A DNA stretch of 64,000 bases from Vitrella brassicaformis CCMP3155 (taxonomy: Eukaryota; Protista; Chromerida). A model generated the notes under the pieces. The model made no database searches. It was given only the letters and a program-made list of their open reading frames with translations, and was not told where the DNA came from. Positions 59,512 through 64,000 of the stretch are shown here, one piece after another. Location: the NCBI GenBank assembly GCA_001179505.1, contig CDMY01000562.1:1-64000 (forward strand), read 5' to 3'. A program made the position numbers and the translations under genes. How positions within the stretch are numbered: position 1 is the first letter of the stretch; every line of letters starts with the position of its first letter.

Positions 59512-62500
59512 ATGCGCGCGGCTGTGGTAGTGACGGGAGGCGTTGCCGCAGGTGGGACGGCAATCCTCAGTCGTTTCGAGCTCAGGAAGAACCTCGAGGC
59601 CAACAGCCCGCCGGTGCTGTGCTACCTGAGGACCCACATCAACGAGGCCATCGTCAGTGACACGCCCAGACTCACCAGCCCTTACACACCACCACCATGG
59701 TACTCCCACAACCCTCGCTCATTGACACACAGACAGGAACCAGACCTACCAGACAGGAGAGGAAGAGTAGAGACGAATGGGCGACGCAACGCAACGAGGA
59801 AGGAAGGCCTTCTGTCTGTCTGTCTGTCTGTCTGTCTGTGTCATCCCATGCATCAGGTGTTCGGGCAAGCACACGCAGATTATCGTATGGATGTGAGTGG
59901 CCGGCCAGGGGGGGGGGGGGGAGGNNNNNNNNNNNNNNNNNNNNNNNNNNNNNNNNNNNNNNNNNNNNNNNNNNNNNNNNNNNNNNNNNNNNNNNNNNNN
60001 NNNNNNNNNNNNNNNNNNNNNNNNNNNNNNNNNNNNNNNNNNNNNNNNNNNNNNNNNNNNNNNNNNNNNNNNNNNNNNNNNNNNNNNNNNNNNNNNNNNN
60101 NNNNNNNNNNNNNNNNNNNNNNNNNNNNNNNNNNNNNNNNNNNNNNNNNNNNNNNNNNNNNNNNNNNNNNNNNNNNNNNNNNNNNNNNNNNNNNNNNNNN
60201 NNNNNNNNNNNNNNNNNNNNNNNNGGGGGGGGGGGGGGGGGGAAGGCAAGAGAAGAGAAGGGCAACACACCGCACCGCCCTCGGCATTCAAGGTATTGCG
60301 TGCATGGCATGCTGCCAACAGGTATCGGAACATGTTTTGCGCCAACAAGCCGCTGACGATCCGCAGACAGCTGGTCCCGCACAAGGACGGCGCGCAGACG
60401 GCCCTGGACTGGTATGAGGAGAAGGACCCCCACACTCTGCGGCCGCTGGCGCCCAACGCGCCGGTGGTCATCCTCTGCCACACCATCAACGGCGACAGCG
60501 AGCAGTTCAAGCTCATGGCCTACCACCTGAGGCAGAAACAGGGCTTCCGATGCGTCTGCCATGTCAGAAGGTAGGCGGTGCGCATGGCATGCATTAAGAG
60601 AGGGGAGGGGAGGGGCTCTCTCTGCATTCATTGTGTGGTGCTGTCTGTGTCGTGTGGTGTGGTGTGGTGTGTGCCCTGCAGGGGGTATCACGGCGTGAAG
60701 CTGACTACGGCAGAGTTCGACACGATGGGCTCATACAATGACACCGAGGAGGCCATCGCTGAGGTAGGTCGCAACACTCACACAGCACTCTCACTCACAC
60801 GCCACACGCACAGAGACTGAGATGCCCCATGGGTATGTATCTGTGTGTGTCCTGTCCGCCCACACATGCATGCATCCGTCCGCAGATAGAGCGTCAGTAC
60901 CCGCACGCCCCCGTGCTTCTGGTGGGCATGTCGGCTGGCACCGGGCCTGTGGTGCGCTACCTGGGCATCAGCAGGGACAAGTCGAGGGCGGTGGCAGGTA
61001 GGAAGGAGGGTGGGACATCACATCACCCCTACCGACGGGTGGCTGGGCTGCACTAACCAGGACACATCTATCCATCCATCAGGCTGCCTGATATCACCGG
61101 GGTACGACATCCAGAGGTGTTTCGGAAGGTAAGGTACACACCTACCTAAACCCACCCACACACACACACATCGGCACGCCATGCAAGGGGCAACAATGCT
61201 CATGCGCATGCTCATGCTCATGCTCTCCCTCCCTCCCTGCCCAGGTTTGAGTGGCCGTATGACTGGATCGTCATTCAGCGGCTCCGTGAGTATCTGAAGC
61301 GAAACGCCCGGGAGATCCTGGGGCTGCCCCCTTTGCCAGACGCCGACCAGCCAGGCAGCCACGCCCCCCATCACCATCACCATCACCCCGACCACCACAC
61401 GACGGCCATCACGCCCATCCACCCCGAAGAGGAGAATGCCTCCATTGCACATCCGCCGCTGCTGCGGAACCTGATGCTCAAGCGAGAGCTGGATCGGGGC
61501 AATGGCAATGGCACTGGGGAGAGGGAGAGGGAGAGGGAAAAGGGGGTGGTCATGGGCAAGTTGGAGAGCCTGCGGCGGCGCGTGTATGAGTTCATTCTGA
61601 ATCGCTGTGCAGATCTGCAGGAGGTCGGTGGGAGGAACGGAGACATGCTTTGTGGCATTGTGTATGTGTGATTGTGTGTGTGTGTGTGTGATTGTGTGTG
61701 GTCAGCTGCACGATTCGTTGCATGTGTTTGCGGGTTACACGTCTGCGGAGGACTACTACAGGAACTCCAACCCCATGAACGTCGTGTACGACATATCGGT
61801 GCCCTTCCTCGTGGTCAATAGCCTCGGTCAGTCAGTGCCGTGCCTCAGCCAGCCAGCCAGCCACCCATCCAATACGCACCGATAGACACACTGGACACAC
61901 TGGACGGACGCATGGGTGTGGGTGTGGGTGTGTGTGCTCAGATGACCCCTGCACCATCTCTGCCAATATCGAGTATGAGCTCTTCCGCAAACAGCCTAAT
62001 GCACTCCTGGGTACCCAAATGACACGCCACAGCACAACAGCACTGTTTGTTCTTCACTCACTTGGCTGTTCTTTCCTACCATCCATCAGCTCTGACGAAG
62101 CACGGGAGCCACTGCTGCTTCCTGCAAAGTGAGAACCTACAATGGCGCCCAACAGGCGCCATACATTGCCGGCCGCCATTCTTGTCTCCATCTTTGTGTG
62201 TCCAGAATCCCAGCCGTTGGGCCCGTCGTGGGTTGAGGAGCTCGTAGGCGAGTACTTCTCGTCGGTTCTGTCGCAGCTCAACATCCCCTCCCACCACACG
62301 CAGTCCATCGAGGACCCCATACCCATTCCCACCCCCCCTCCCAGCCCAACAGCGACACCCTCAACCACCACCACCACCACCAACCCGCCCACCTTTCCCC
62401 TTGGCCGCCACCCACACGTGAGCAACATCGACATGGACATGGACATGGCCTCACTCGCCATCCCAGGGCTGGTCAACACCTCAGCTCTCGCGGCCTTCCA

Positions 62501-62738
62501 CCCCCACCGCCACCCCCACCACCAGCACGAGAGCGAGGTGAATGCGGGGGACGAGCATGAGCATGAGCACGAGTCACACGAGGGCGAGGGAGACGACGCC
62601 GATATGGACATGGACAGTGGGGAGCGGGGGGAGCGGCGCGAGGGCGGCAGGTGGTGTGGGGGTCAGGGTCAGGGTCAGGTGCAGTCGGTGACGTTTCAGC
62701 TGTACATTGGCCGGAGGGTCACGTGTGCTGCGACCTGA
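59512..62738 (+). CDS. Alpha/beta hydrolase, ABHD1/2/3 (YheT-like) family
   Basis: YTPPPW, DGAQTALDW, VVILCHTING, RGYHG, GMSAG nucleophile elbow, AGYTSAEDYY, VPFLVVNSL|DDP (Asp) and TKHGSHCCFL (His). One intron spans an N gap. Pro/His/acidic tail. Confidence 0.88.
59925..60224. other. Assembly gap (300 N) flanked by poly-G, inside an intron
   Basis: N run with G tracts on both sides, after the GTGAGT donor at about 59893. Confidence 0.99.
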
Positions 62739-64000
62739 TGGATTGATGTTTGTTGTGAGTAGAGATGACATGAGCGAGGAGGGAGGGAGGGAGGGAGGAC
62801 ACACGACACGTTTTGACGTAGACACAGAGACACAGGGAGAGAGAGAGAGAGGAGGCAGCCGCAGGTTGTCGATTTTTGTACCTATAGAGGGAGGGAAGGA
62901 GGGAGGGGGAGGGCCTACGCTAGTCACCTTTGCTCTTACCAGTTTTCCCTTTTGCACTTTTCCTCCTACCGCTGTGCCGTGTGTGTGTGTTGTGCAAACG
63001 AATTCGGGCGGGTTTCTGTACAGTGACCAGACAAGACAACGGTTGTGTGTGTCGACCCGTCTTCGTATCTTGAGTGTGAGTGTGCGCATCAAAGCTGCGG
63101 GCAGACAGGAGGGTGGATGGATGGATGGCACAGAGAGGCCCGTCTGTGAGCATCCATCCGTCGGCCTGTCTGTGACCATCCACCCGTCCGAGTGAGGAGA
63201 GTAGAGAAGAAAGCACACACGCCATTTTTGCGCTAGTTAGCGAGTTGCACCAACAAGAGCGTGAGTAGGGTGGCCGTCTTTCAATCAACTGGCTGGCTGG
63301 CTGGCTGGCGAGCGACACAGTTTTGCCCTCTTGCCGTGTGCAGGTGCGTTGTCACGTGTTGTGCTGTTGTGGCTGGCTGGTGTGGTGGTGGCTGCCCGGC
63401 TTCTCCCTCCCTCCCTCCCTCCCTCTCTCTCCGCTTTATCGTTTTGGCTTTCTCCGTTGGTGAGCAAGCGAGTGGCCGCTGGATGTGTGTGTGCGTGTGT
63501 GTGTGCGTGTGGCCACATGGCGTGTAACATAACACAAAGCAGCTAGATGTCTTCGTTCAGGCGCCGCGAGAGCGAGAGCGAGAGGCTGCTGGTGGAGCCG
63601 GATTGGTTTGACGAGAAATGGCTGTGAGAGTCACTTTCTCACAGCCATTTCTCTCCAGCCCAATCCTGCCAGACCAGGAGCCTATCCCTGTGTCTTTGTG
63701 TATCTGTCCGTCCGGTGCCCCTTCCACCAGCAAGCAGTTTCGGCTGTGTGTGTGCCTGTCGCTGTGACCGCACCGTGTTGTCTTGTGTTGTGTTGCATTG
63801 CATTCCATTGCCCCCTCCTTGTGTGTATGGGATGTTCCCCCCTCCTTGCCCGCCCCTCCCCTGTTTGTTTCCGGCCGTATCTATCGTGCGTGTGTTGCTG
63901 CAGTTTTCCCCTCATGGTCCGCATTCGTGTCTGCGTGAATGCATTCCATTCGTGGGCCAGCTGGTGTCGGTTCCACCTTTTTCGTAACGGATGCAGGCAG

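Larger units (their letters stand above)
1..64000. repeat. Pervasive intronic/intergenic microsatellites: (CA)n/(TG)n, (GACA)n/(TGTC)n, (GGAT)n/(ATCC)n, (GGCA)n, (GGGA)n, (CTTCG)n
   Basis: Directly visible in most introns, e.g. 11222-11260, 17036-17090, 21495-21540, 51160-51250 and 52272-52322. Confidence 0.95.

Noticed and set aside
63547-63623. Possible first exon MSSFRRRESESERLLVEPDWFDEKWL| on the + strand
   Set aside because: It has a plausible ATG and GT donor, but no downstream exon is identifiable within the window.

Overview
Eukaryotic, GC-rich, intron-dense nuclear DNA with microsatellite-filled introns. Several proteins have bipartite (signal + transit) leaders. The overall style best fits a chromerid alveolate such as Vitrella brassicaformis (inference). 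Hand-splicing gives about 23 gene loci. Conserved genes: EamA/DMT transporter, AP-4 epsilon adaptin, BRCT-containing X-family DNA polymerase, NUDT5-like Nudix hydrolase, DUF3593/Ycf49 fusion, plastid-type ClpB, plastid-type threonine dehydratase (ilvA), propionyl/acetyl-CoA synthetase, and an ABHD1/2/3-like hydrolase. Less obvious genes: a CENP-C/Mif2-like cupin protein, a Crinkler/RHS-type NTPase + restriction-endonuclease-fold protein, and a secreted beta/zeta carbonic-anhydrase-like protein with altered metal ligands. Several lineage-specific or decaying genes lie in microsatellite-poor islands. Eight gene pairs are head-to-head, and a ~45-bp element beginning with a telo-box-like inverted repeat recurs in two of these promoters. 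Two 300-N assembly gaps are present. No tRNA, rRNA or CRISPR was recognised. All gene models were spliced by eye and all domain calls are from motif recognition, not database searches.
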